NCBI GenBank assembly: GCA_043732185.1
Contig: JAYTHY010000101.1
Location: forward strand, 1 to 25,023
DNA: 25,023 nt
Origin: Fibrobacteria bacterium
GTDB taxonomy: Bacteria > Fibrobacterota > Fibrobacteria > UBA11236
Direction: 5' to 3'
Position 1 is the first letter of the stretch; the number at the start of each line of letters is the position of its first letter. Below are positions 1 to 7,570 of the stretch, piece by piece. A model generated the notes under the pieces. The model was not told the DNA's origin. It searched no databases and saw only the letters and a list, made by a program, of their open reading frames with translations. The position numbers and the translations under genes were made by a program.

Positions 1-98
1 GCTACAATGCGTAAGCGAGGAATATCAATTCTGGAAGGGCTTCAACAAGCTCTCATCGGGGTAAACCCAATATCAGCAATGTCAAGCTGAGTAGTTAC
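1..98 (+). mobile_element. Right end of an IS66-family insertion sequence (transposase C-terminus plus terminal inverted repeat), cut by the window edge
   Basis: Frame 1 reads ATMRKRGISILEGLQQALIGVNPISAMSS* (stop 88-90), resembling IS66 transposase C-termini (..T.RKQG.NIL..L..A..G.P). It overlaps GCTGAGTAGTTAC (86-98), whose reverse complement GTAACTACTCAGC begins with the GTAA typical of IS66 termini. Confidence 0.75.
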
Positions 99-133
99 GA
101 TTTTTCAAATCCCTTAATCAAGTGAGGCTTGGC

Positions 134-1474
134 ATGTCCCTGAAAAGAAATATTTGGTTAGCCGTTGGATTATCGCTTCCCTTAGCCATCATTGGCTGTA
201 TGAAAACAAATCAAGATGCAACCAATATCAACTCACCCGGTGATATCATTAAAGCAGGAACCGACCTCGACGCCCTGCATGGTGGAGCCCGTGTGGTCCT
301 ACCCGAAATTGATCCCGCTACCTTAAATAAGCAGACTGCCAATGGTATTCCCAATGACACTTTGCCGGCAGCTTGGTTCGAACTCACTGTTAGTGGCACC
401 AATATGTCGGATATGTTTTTCAAATATCCCCTTGGCACAAAAGGCGGGTATAGCTTTGAGATTAAAGGCATCCCATCAGGCAAGAGTCGCAGCTTCAATG
501 GTCGACTCCTCAATCGTAGTCGGCAATTAACCCATGAAGGAACCACGGTAACGGATATTCGAGCCGGTGAACTTGCCGACTTGCATCTGTATCTGGCTAA
601 AGCTTCCGGCTCGGCCAATGTTTGCGTCGTCATTGAAGGTCAAAAGCCCCCAGCCTGCGCCCTCGACAGTTTCCCGCCTCTGCCAGATACTCAAATGGTC
701 AGCCACTGCTGGTATGTGGGTTCGGACTCCCTAAATGGACGGCTATCCCTCTATGACCAGCCGATTGGTATGTATAGCGGAGTCCTGATTACCAATAATG
801 GAATTAGGCTTCCCGTAACCACTTGGGGAAAGGTCGGTGACACCCTCTCTGCCGTCGTGATTCGGCCAAGCATGGACAAAAAATGGCGCTTGAGCGGAGT
901 GATACAAACACCATATCTCTGGATGGGATCTGTCATGGGACTTCCCATGGAAACTCCATTTTCTTTTTATGGCAAACCGATTTCCTGTACCGACACGCTT
1001 ATTGTTCCACCGATTGACACTGTGCAACCACCCAAAGACACAACCAAGGCAACGTCCATTCCCAGAGCCAGTGAAGCAGGCGAATTAACTCGTTGCATGG
1101 AAATGCGTATAGATTACGGCAATGCCTGTGAACTTTATGCCTTTGCTAAAATGAGCTTCGTTTCGGGACAAATTGCAAAAGGTTATATCACCGTCGCAGA
1201 TCGCCCAAGTCGCCAATATGCCCAAATCCAAGGTCGTTATGATCAGAGTAGTATTCACATAGAATCCGTGCTGCCTAGCTCCGGTACCTCCAAAGCAGAT
1301 TCCATGATGTTTGATGGAGCCATATCCAGTGACCGAACCATGGCCAAGGGTAGCTATGTTCGCTTACCAGCAGGAAAAAAGGGGATTTGGACCCTGAATA
1401 CGGTGGTCTGCGGCAACTTAACGCCTCGGTATCCGGATTCTTCCTGCTTTGTCCCAGTTAAGATCCCTAAGTAA
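134..1474 (+). CDS. Putative lipoprotein, uncharacterised
   Basis: The ORF track starts at GTG 122. ATG 134 gives MSLKRNIWLAVGLSLPLAIIGC, a basic N-terminus, hydrophobic stretch and lipobox-like IIGC. Pro/Asp/Thr-rich linkers (PPIDTVQPPKDTT) and several Cys follow. Confidence 0.75.
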   Translation: MSLKRNIWLAVGLSLPLAIIGCMKTNQDATNINSPGDIIKAGTDLDALHGGARVVLPEIDPATLNKQTANGIPNDTLPAAWFELTVSGTNMSDMFFKYPLGTKGGYSFEIKGIPSGKSRSFNGRLLNRSRQLTHEGTTVTDIRAGELADLHLYLAKASGSANVCVVIEGQKPPACALDSFPPLPDTQMVSHCWYVGSDSLNGRLSLYDQPIGMYSGVLITNNGIRLPVTTWGKVGDTLSAVVIRPSMDKKWRLSGVIQTPYLWMGSVMGLPMETPFSFYGKPISCTDTLIVPPIDTVQPPKDTTKATSIPRASEAGELTRCMEMRIDYGNACELYAFAKMSFVSGQIAKGYITVADRPSRQYAQIQGRYDQSSIHIESVLPSSGTSKADSMMFDGAISSDRTMAKGSYVRLPAGKKGIWTLNTVVCGNLTPRYPDSSCFVPVKIPK

Positions 1475-1519
1475 AAGAAGGGGCCGTTAACCTATTTTGC
1501 GAAAGTAAGAATCAATCTT

Positions 1520-1592
1520 GCTATCCGTTTGAGTGTGGACACTTCATCATTCCCCGCGGCGGTTTTATTGGATGTTTGGGATTCATAAAGGT
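1520..1592 (+). repeat. 73-bp chimeric duplicate of two segments of the SelO-like gene (4481-4521 and 4672-4709)
   Basis: 1520-1560 matches 4481-4521 at 40/41. 1555-1592 matches 4672-4709 at 37/38. The two parts share the junction hexamer CGCGGC. Confidence 0.95.
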
Positions 1593-1822
1593 TATAACCT
1601 GGGCTTGCGCCTTAGCTTAAAAGTGGGCTTAAGGCTTGGCCTCTGTTTGTGCCTGTCGCATTCGGTCCACGCAGCGCCGGTCCAATCCCGAGCAGCGCAA
1701 GCCGCACCGTTCCGATACAGACCGACGGCAAGGTTTTCCCAATCAAACCCGATTAGCTCAACAAGCCTATCAGGCCCGACAACAGTCCCGCCCTCATCTT
1801 CAACGACGCCACCGGCAACCCC

Positions 1823-2299
1823 ATGGACTTCAATTTCCAGGGCTCCGAAAAGGACGTGTTGCGGCGCCTGGAAGTGTTCGTGGGTGAAGCCAATGCGAAG
1901 GGCAAAGCTTCGGATGGAAAAGGGAGAGATGGAAAAGGCAAGGCATCGGAGGAGGTCGCGGGACCCGGCCGGCCCAAGCTGGGCGTGGTCTCGCGCGAGG
2001 TGACCCTTTTGCCCCGACAATGGGAATGGCTGGCGTCCCAATCGGGTGGTGCGTCAGTGGTACTGCGCCGGTTGGTGGACGACGCGCGTAAGAAATCCGG
2101 CGACGCGCTCACCGTCAAGCAGACCCAGGAACGAACTTACAAATTCCTGTCGGTGATGGCGGGGAACCTGAAGGGGTATGAGGAGGCAATCCGTGCGCTG
2201 TATCGGAAGGATGGGAAGGGATTCGCGGCGCATACGGAGGGTTGGCCAAAGGATGTGAAGCAGCATGCGGAGACGCTGGCGGGAGGGATTTTTGAATAG
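1823..2299 (+). CDS. DUF2239 family protein, N-terminus possibly degenerate
   Basis: Characteristic motif GRPKLGVVSREVTLLPRQWEWLASQSGGASVVLRRLV and C-terminal WPKDV. Family-like sequence (ALIFNDATGNP) continues in frame upstream of ATG 1823 but meets a TAG at 1754-1756. Confidence 0.8.
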   Translation: MDFNFQGSEKDVLRRLEVFVGEANAKGKASDGKGRDGKGKASEEVAGPGRPKLGVVSREVTLLPRQWEWLASQSGGASVVLRRLVDDARKKSGDALTVKQTQERTYKFLSVMAGNLKGYEEAIRALYRKDGKGFAAHTEGWPKDVKQHAETLAGGIFE

Positions 2300-2368
2300 T
2301 GGCCGACCCTTCTATTGGCTCCCCGACTCGTTGCCTTCGGCATTTTGAAGCAATTCCTGGGCACGATT

Positions 2369-2450
2369 TATGGGATATATCCCATATTATTTATATTTAT
2401 TATGTGTTATATCTCATATTTTTTCATATAATTATGAGATATATCTTGTA
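2369..2450. promoter_or_regulatory. Three phased 18-bp palindromic boxes upstream of mobile mystery protein A (candidate operators)
   Basis: TATGGGATATATCCCATA (2369-2386, perfect palindrome), TATGTGTTATATCTCATA (2401-2418) and TATGAGATATATCTTGTA (2433-2450). Starts are exactly 32 bp apart. Confidence 0.75.
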
Positions 2451-2464
2451 AAATTGGCGTCAAC

Positions 2465-2923
2465 ATGAAAAATTCATCAATAATTAGAGATCAGCTTCAA
2501 GAAACCCTAACTGAGCTGAATTCCTTAAAAAACAAAAGACCGTTTAAAGGTTGGATCCGAGCAATACGGCAAGGGTTAGCCATGTCTGGGAAGCAATTAG
2601 CTGGACGCATTGATGTGGACGTATCTCGAGTTGCAGAAATGGAAAAAGCGGAAACCCAAGGAAACATTACACTGAAATCCTTGCGCCGTGCAGCTGAGGC
2701 GATGGAGTGTGAATTAGTCTATGCCCTAGTTCCAAAGACCACCTTGGAAGACACGCTACGGGTCCAAGCAGAAAAGAAGGCAAAGCAGCACATGCAAATC
2801 GTCGCTCATACTATGCGATTGGAAGACCAAGGACTTTCCCAGGAATCGGACGCCAAACAAGTCGTAAAAATGGTGAACGAGTGGCTGAACGATCCTCCAC
2901 GATGGCTTTGGGATAGCAAATGA
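2465..2923 (+). CDS. Mobile mystery protein A (XRE-type HTH DNA-binding protein)
   Basis: GWIRAIRQGLAMSGKQLAGRI...EMEKAETQGNITLKSLRRAAEAMECELVYALVP...HTMRLEDQ matches the family. ATGA overlap with the downstream Fic gene. Confidence 0.92.
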   Translation: MKNSSIIRDQLQETLTELNSLKNKRPFKGWIRAIRQGLAMSGKQLAGRIDVDVSRVAEMEKAETQGNITLKSLRRAAEAMECELVYALVPKTTLEDTLRVQAEKKAKQHMQIVAHTMRLEDQGLSQESDAKQVVKMVNEWLNDPPRWLWDSK

Positions 2924-3507
2924 ACCAAGAAGAGGACCCAGAGGGGTCGACTCCTCTAAATGCTTCTGAGGCCCAAGGTCTGAAACTATTCCACATCACG
3001 ACACGTGGACAACTGAACTTGTGGGAGAGGAATAACATACTGGAGGCAACGAACAAGCACTATCCAAGAAGTCTGGGCGAAATATTGTCAGAAGCGTTCC
3101 TACTCCACCTCCATCAGGACATGTTCAGCCATGTTTGGAATTGGGCAGGAAAATACCGGACCAGCGAAAAAAATATCGGCGTACCATCTTGGGAAATAGC
3201 CGTAAAGTTACGAGGTCTTTGCGAGGACGCTAAGCTTTGGGTTCAATCCACCACCGAGCCAAAAGATGAAATCGCGGCCCGATTCCATCATCGCCTTGTC
3301 CTAATCCACCCATTTGCAAACGGCAACGGCAGGCATTCCCGAATGGCCGCGGATTTGCTTTTGCTCCACACGTTCAATGAACCGCGATTTACATGGGGGC
3401 AAGGTGATTTGACACAATCCAGTGAAACGAGAAAGAATTATTTAGATGCCCTTCGGGCGGCGGATAGAAGGGATTACTCATTACTATACCGTTTCGTGCG
3501 AAGCTGA
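2920..3507 (+). CDS. Mobile mystery protein B (Fic-domain protein)
   Basis: Intact Fic motif HPFANGNGRHSR, plus GSTPL, WNWAGKYRTSEKNIG and YLDALRAAD signatures. Coupled to protein A. Confidence 0.92.
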   Translation: MNQEEDPEGSTPLNASEAQGLKLFHITTRGQLNLWERNNILEATNKHYPRSLGEILSEAFLLHLHQDMFSHVWNWAGKYRTSEKNIGVPSWEIAVKLRGLCEDAKLWVQSTTEPKDEIAARFHHRLVLIHPFANGNGRHSRMAADLLLLHTFNEPRFTWGQGDLTQSSETRKNYLDALRAADRRDYSLLYRFVRS

Positions 3508-3617
3508 ATGGACAATCCCTCCAAGCAGTATTAAAAATACGATGCTGGGATCCGGAACGGATGCAAGCGATTCCGGAGACATGTCGGTCAAAGTGAGGTC
3601 AACCCACATATCCTTTT

Positions 3618-3862
3618 TCAATCCGCCCATTCTTGGGGTTCCTCACTCCACTCCAGATCCACTTCTTCCTTAAGCTTCAAAGGAGAGGCTTCAGCTTTCG
3701 GCGGGCCGGTAGGAAAGCCCATGTCAAATAGGATGGTCTCGGCGATTGAAGCAATCGCTTTCGTTCTGTGTTGACCAAAGCTATGAGCCGAATCGGGCCT
3801 CCGCAATGGGGGCAAACGATTTCACTGCCAAAGGTTCGCAGTAGTAATTCGTGTCGCTTCAA
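3618..3862 (-). pseudogene. C-terminal remnant of an IS91/ISCR-type (rolling-circle) transposase, frameshifted
   Basis: One frame gives ELLLRTFGSEIVCPHCGGPIRLIALV and an adjacent frame continues SIAETILFDMGFPTGPPKAEAS. Together they match the IS91-type tail (LLxRVFxxDxxxCPxCGGxMRIIAxI...IxxILxHLGLPxxPP). The catalytic N-terminal part is absent. Confidence 0.7.
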
Positions 3863-4152
3863 AAAAGCGAATCACGGAATATATTTCCTACGACGATTTT
3901 TGTTGAATCCAAACCTTGGGTATTAGTAACGCGATACAGCTTGGCGATGCCGGTACTGCCCCGCCAAGTGAGAACCAGCATATCTCCATTGGGCAGAAAG
4001 TCTAATCCTGATACCTTCGGTTCAAATCCGGAGGGTCGCAAAGTCATCAGGTCGTATCCTAGGTGCAAACCAACGTCCGGACTTGGATTTGCAAAAGCCA
4101 TTTTGAAATAAAATCCCAGGCCAACTAAGATTCATGAAATCAGGTTTTGCAT
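3859..4152 (-). pseudogene. 5' fragment of a secreted (probably beta-propeller) protein gene, with a nonsense codon and truncation
   Basis: GGAG RBS and ATG at 4152 give MQNLIS*ILVGLGFYFKMAFA, a signal peptide with in-frame TGA at 4132-4134. LHLGYDLMTLRPSGFEPKVSGLDFLPNGDMLVLTW follows. The frame ends where the IS91 remnant begins. Confidence 0.6.
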
Positions 4153-4218
4153 ATCTTCTCCATTGAGACTAGGCCGGGTTTTTCCGTTTTCAATTGTGAA
4201 CGGTTACCCTACTGCTTT

Positions 4219-6177
4219 TCAAACAGTCTCTTTATAGAGCTCCAAATCCTGTTTGATTTTTCGGAGTAGGCGGCCTTTTAGGCGCGGGGAGCGCAGGTCC
4301 TCGTTGGGAATCGGTTTCCATTTTCCCGGAATCAGGACTTGTGAATCGATGAAGGCTTCAAGCGCATCTTGCAGTTCATCCAATCCTAGACGATCCTTGA
4401 CGGCCAGTATTTCGTCGATGATCCACACCATGCCGTTGCCTGTCATGCGATTGGCGTAATTGATGATGGCGGACCGCTCGGCTATCTGTTTGAGTGTGGA
4501 CACTTCATCATTCCCCGCGGCCTTGATGAGTTGCATGTAGCAATCCTGAAAGTCCCTAGAACGTTCGGCCCTTGCAGGAGTTATCTGCAAATCCCTTTTA
4601 TCCGCATACGAGGCGGCCATAATGGCGCAGAATTTTTCCGGATCCATAACTACGACATCGTTTAAATTTTTCGCGGCGGTTTTATCGGATGTTTGGGATT
4701 CATAAAGGTAACGGGGAAGTTCCCGTAGCAAGCTACGGATTAGAAAAACCGGGCGATGATTGATGCCATCGGAGACTTTTTCAGGACCTTTTAAAATTTT
4801 GACATCTTCAAAATAATCCATGGCTTTTCGAAAGGCGGCAATCTTTGGGCGCTCCTGATTCATGAGCTGCTTGACTTGTGTGGGTTTAAAGCCGATGCGC
4901 CACAGCATGCGCCGATCCCTTTCATCCTGGAATTCCTGATCAAAATCCAGCAGACATTTAGCCTGACGAAAATTCCGTAGATTTTTTTTTACTCCTGTCA
5001 GTACAAAATCTGTGGTTTGGGCGAAGGCCTGTACCATCAGGCGGGCCCAGCGACGCTGCTCGCCTAAACTGGTGGAGAAGCGGTCCACGTCTTCGTATCG
5101 ATATTTGTCGTGCTTGGCCGCGAATTGGCGGATGGATCCATAGTCCAGTATCGATCCATCGGCCAAAACATTGTCGCCATCCCAGGAAAGCCAATTGAAA
5201 ATGTATTCCTCTTCCAGTACAGCTGCCAGCTTGCCATATGCCCGGCCAATGGATTCCAAGGCGCCATGATAGCGGGAAGCAGTATCGCCTGGAAGTTTCC
5301 AGGATCCATTCTCCTCTTGGCGATGCAGGAAATACTCAAACGCTTTTTTAAGCTCGGCGTGTTTGCCCATCTTCAGGTAACGGAAAAGATGCGCGGGGCG
5401 GACTAGATTTGGGGCGGTGCGCACACCCACGGAAGAACCATCTCCATAATCGATTACGGTCAAGCAGCGCTCAGTGGGAAGGCCTTGACGATAGAAGATT
5501 TCCGACATAACCGCAGAGCCGAGCATTTCATCCAGGTCCGCAGTTCCCGAGGCGTAGCCGAATTTGGAATTTCCGGTTGCGATGGGGCGGTTGGCTTCCT
5601 GTACGCCCGGCGCAAGTATGGTAGAGCCCGTTCCTCGACTGGACACGTCAAAGCGCATGCCGTGTGATCGGATGGAACCATTCCAAATGCTGCGCCCATC
5701 ACCGGAGGTCCGCCCGCATTTGTCGCGATGCTGTAATTGCAAATACCGGGTGGCCATAAATGGTTTGGGCCGGACCTCAAAACCCTCCATTTTTTTAGGA
5801 TGCGCGAGGTCGTATTCATTGATGATTTGCAGCGAGAACGTTTTCAATATCTTGGCTTCCAGGCGCGCATTCATCCGGCCACCGTGGCTAGTGGGAATGA
5901 GCCCCATTTCGCAGGCGAGTGCGAAATTGAAATACAGGACCCGCCCCCCGGGACGGTAACGCGCAAGGTAATCAACGTATCCTTCGGAAGCCGCTTCCCT
6001 CCAGGGGTGGCAGCCATCGAGCAAGTCAAATTTGGAATAAGGCGAAGGGCTACTACGTCGGCCAGTTATCGGCCGCGAATGGGCGCTCAGGAAGGGGCTC
6101 CCAGGACATGCCGGACTGTTTGGTGAAGCTGTTTGGGATTGAAGGGCTTGCCCATGAATTGTGCATTCAGTAGGCAC
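4219..6177 (-). CDS. Divergent SelO/YdiU-family protein (pseudokinase-fold adenylyltransferase-like); start uncertain
   Basis: Motifs SGDGRS, RGTGST, MSEIFYRQGLPTERCL and DGDNVLADGSILDYG align by eye with SelO GDGRA, KGxGxT, SEAMxxLGIPTTRAL and NTDNxSxxGxTIDYG. GTG 6177 overlaps the upstream gene by 91 nt, so the true start may lie nearer 6090-6060. Confidence 0.7.
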   Translation of the reverse strand: MPTECTIHGQALQSQTASPNSPACPGSPFLSAHSRPITGRRSSPSPYSKFDLLDGCHPWREAASEGYVDYLARYRPGGRVLYFNFALACEMGLIPTSHGGRMNARLEAKILKTFSLQIINEYDLAHPKKMEGFEVRPKPFMATRYLQLQHRDKCGRTSGDGRSIWNGSIRSHGMRFDVSSRGTGSTILAPGVQEANRPIATGNSKFGYASGTADLDEMLGSAVMSEIFYRQGLPTERCLTVIDYGDGSSVGVRTAPNLVRPAHLFRYLKMGKHAELKKAFEYFLHRQEENGSWKLPGDTASRYHGALESIGRAYGKLAAVLEEEYIFNWLSWDGDNVLADGSILDYGSIRQFAAKHDKYRYEDVDRFSTSLGEQRRWARLMVQAFAQTTDFVLTGVKKNLRNFRQAKCLLDFDQEFQDERDRRMLWRIGFKPTQVKQLMNQERPKIAAFRKAMDYFEDVKILKGPEKVSDGINHRPVFLIRSLLRELPRYLYESQTSDKTAAKNLNDVVVMDPEKFCAIMAASYADKRDLQITPARAERSRDFQDCYMQLIKAAGNDEVSTLKQIAERSAIINYANRMTGNGMVWIIDEILAVKDRLGLDELQDALEAFIDSQVLIPGKWKPIPNEDLRSPRLKGRLLRKIKQDLELYKETV

Positions 6178-6464
6178 ATATCGTTATACAAATCCTCCGC
6201 TTGCCGATTGCCCGACATAAAAAGCACTTGTGTTTCTGGTCGGTACAGAAGCATCTGCTCTGCCAATTCAGGTCCACTCATCGGAGACATCTCCACATCG
6301 GTAAGTAAAAGATGGATCGGTCCCTTATGTTGGGTGCTCATAAACAAGGCGTCCACGCCATTGTCCGCATCCATCACGGTATATCCCGATATTTCCAAGT
6401 ACATTTTCATAACCGTACGTAAGGAACTCTCATCTTCAACCAGCAAAATCATTTCGGATTGCAT
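6087..6464 (-). CDS. Single-domain response regulator (receiver domain only)
   Basis: ILLVEDE acidic pocket, LLLTDVEM phospho-acceptor Asp, FMSG and KPF motifs are all present. No output domain. Confidence 0.92.
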   Translation of the reverse strand: MQSEMILLVEDESSLRTVMKMYLEISGYTVMDADNGVDALFMSTQHKGPIHLLLTDVEMSPMSGPELAEQMLLYRPETQVLFMSGNRQAEDLYNDMCLLNAQFMGKPFNPKQLHQTVRHVLGAPS

Positions 6465-6596
6465 ACACCTCGTTTCTTCCCCTACTCGTGCGGTGCGATG
6501 GAGGAAGTCCCTTTGGTCCTCCCATTGTAGGGTATTCCGGGAGTCAGGTCAAATGCGGCATGCTGCGCATTTCGAGAAACCTTGAGGATTTAGCGG

Positions 6597-7391
6597 TTAC
6601 AAAATTGCAAGCAAGTTATCATGAAGCAGCCCATTGCTGAAAAGCACATCAGGCCCGAAGATGGAATACGTGCTTCCATCCAGCTTGGAAATCTTTCCTC
6701 CCGCCTCGGTAACCAGAAGCCCTGCCACAGCGACATCCCAGGGTTTCATGGCCAACATGCAATAGGCCTCCATGCGTCCAGTGGCTACAAAGGCACCTTC
6801 CAAAACGGCCGAGCCCATGCATTTGATGCGTTGTACGGCACCGGCCATGCGCGCCCGCGATGAAATATTTCTGGCATTCAATTCCAGTCTTTCCGTTTCA
6901 TTGGCGCCGATATTGAAGTCCCCATGCGAGATGATGGCTTCAGCAAGTGTAGCGACGGGACTCGTGTGGATTTTCTGACCATTGAGATACGCGCCGCCGC
7001 CTAATGTGACCGTATACATTTCCCCTAGGGCTGGCAAAAAAATAGCACCCGCGATCATGGTATCGCCTTTGCGCAAACCCACGGAAACGCCCCAGAGTGG
7101 AAACCCCCTGGAATAGTTGACTGTGCCATCCACCGGATCTACAAACCAAGTGAACTCACTGCCCATCTCCACGGCCGCGGCTTCTTCGGTAATAATATTG
7201 TGGGAAGGATACGCGTTGATCAAAGTCTTACGGATGGCTGCATCGCAGGCGAAATCGGCCTCGGTGACGATATCTTTCTCGCCTTTGAAATCGATGTTTT
7301 TAAGCCTGCCCTGCATGGAGAGAGCTAGTTCTCCTGCACTACGGGCGGCGTTCTCGGCGGTTTTTAAGTATTGGGAATAGTCTGCTGGCAT
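6597..7391 (-). CDS. suhB: Inositol monophosphatase family protein (SuhB-like)
   Basis: DIVTEAD, EE, WFVDPVDGTVNY and KPWDVAVAGLLVTEAGG motifs. Confidence 0.93.
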   Translation of the reverse strand: MPADYSQYLKTAENAARSAGELALSMQGRLKNIDFKGEKDIVTEADFACDAAIRKTLINAYPSHNIITEEAAAVEMGSEFTWFVDPVDGTVNYSRGFPLWGVSVGLRKGDTMIAGAIFLPALGEMYTVTLGGGAYLNGQKIHTSPVATLAEAIISHGDFNIGANETERLELNARNISSRARMAGAVQRIKCMGSAVLEGAFVATGRMEAYCMLAMKPWDVAVAGLLVTEAGGKISKLDGSTYSIFGPDVLFSNGLLHDNLLAIL

Positions 7392-7408
7392 TTTTATAAG
7401 ATATAAAA
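7392..7408 (+). repeat. attL core (17-bp direct repeat)
   Basis: TTTTATAAGATATAAAA, identical to 13830-13846. It has internal dyad symmetry (TTTTATA-AGA-TATAAAA) and abuts the suhB ATG (7389-7391). Confidence 0.88.
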
Positions 7409-7519
7409 ATTTATTGAAATGAAGGGTAAAGATGGGAAGCTAAAGGCGTCAAAATCCCAATAAAAATGGGGGTTTTCTGGTTCTAGGTTTCCCTTGCCTT
7501 CCTGGGATATTCCATTTTA

Positions 7520-7538
7520 TTGTTACTTTATTGTTACT
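7520..7538 (+). promoter_or_regulatory. Tandem integrase arm-type sites, left end
   Basis: TTGTTACT at 7520-7527 and 7531-7538 (11-bp period). The same pair recurs at 13729-13747. Confidence 0.75.
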
Positions 7539-7570
7539 CGCCTCTTGGTGGGAAATGATAGGAGTACCTC

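Noticed and set aside
1898..1950. GATGGAAAAGG repeated at 1913 and 1928
   Set aside because: A short in-frame duplication in a low-complexity linker (KGKASDGKGRDGKGKAS) of DUF2239, with no sign of separate function.
1533..2041. ORFs 1533-2003 (+) and 1592-2041 (-)
   Set aside because: They overlap the DUF2239 gene in other frames, and the first begins inside the duplicated SelO-derived fragment. Treated as shadow ORFs.
2369..2450. Regularly spaced repeats as a mini-CRISPR array
   Set aside because: Repeats are 18 bp with 14-bp AT-only-like spacers, far too short, and there are no cas genes. An operator array fits better.
4010..4040. GGTTCAAATCC resembling a tRNA T-arm
   Set aside because: No acceptor, D or anticodon stems could be built, and it lies antisense within a coding remnant.
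4132..4134. In-frame TGA next to a SelO-like gene read as selenocysteine or a recoded stop (also TGA at 16551-16553)
   Set aside because: It lies in a signal peptide of a truncated gene. vapC has other lesions as well. Intact genes here end at TGA with normal coupling (2920-2923, 20757-20761).
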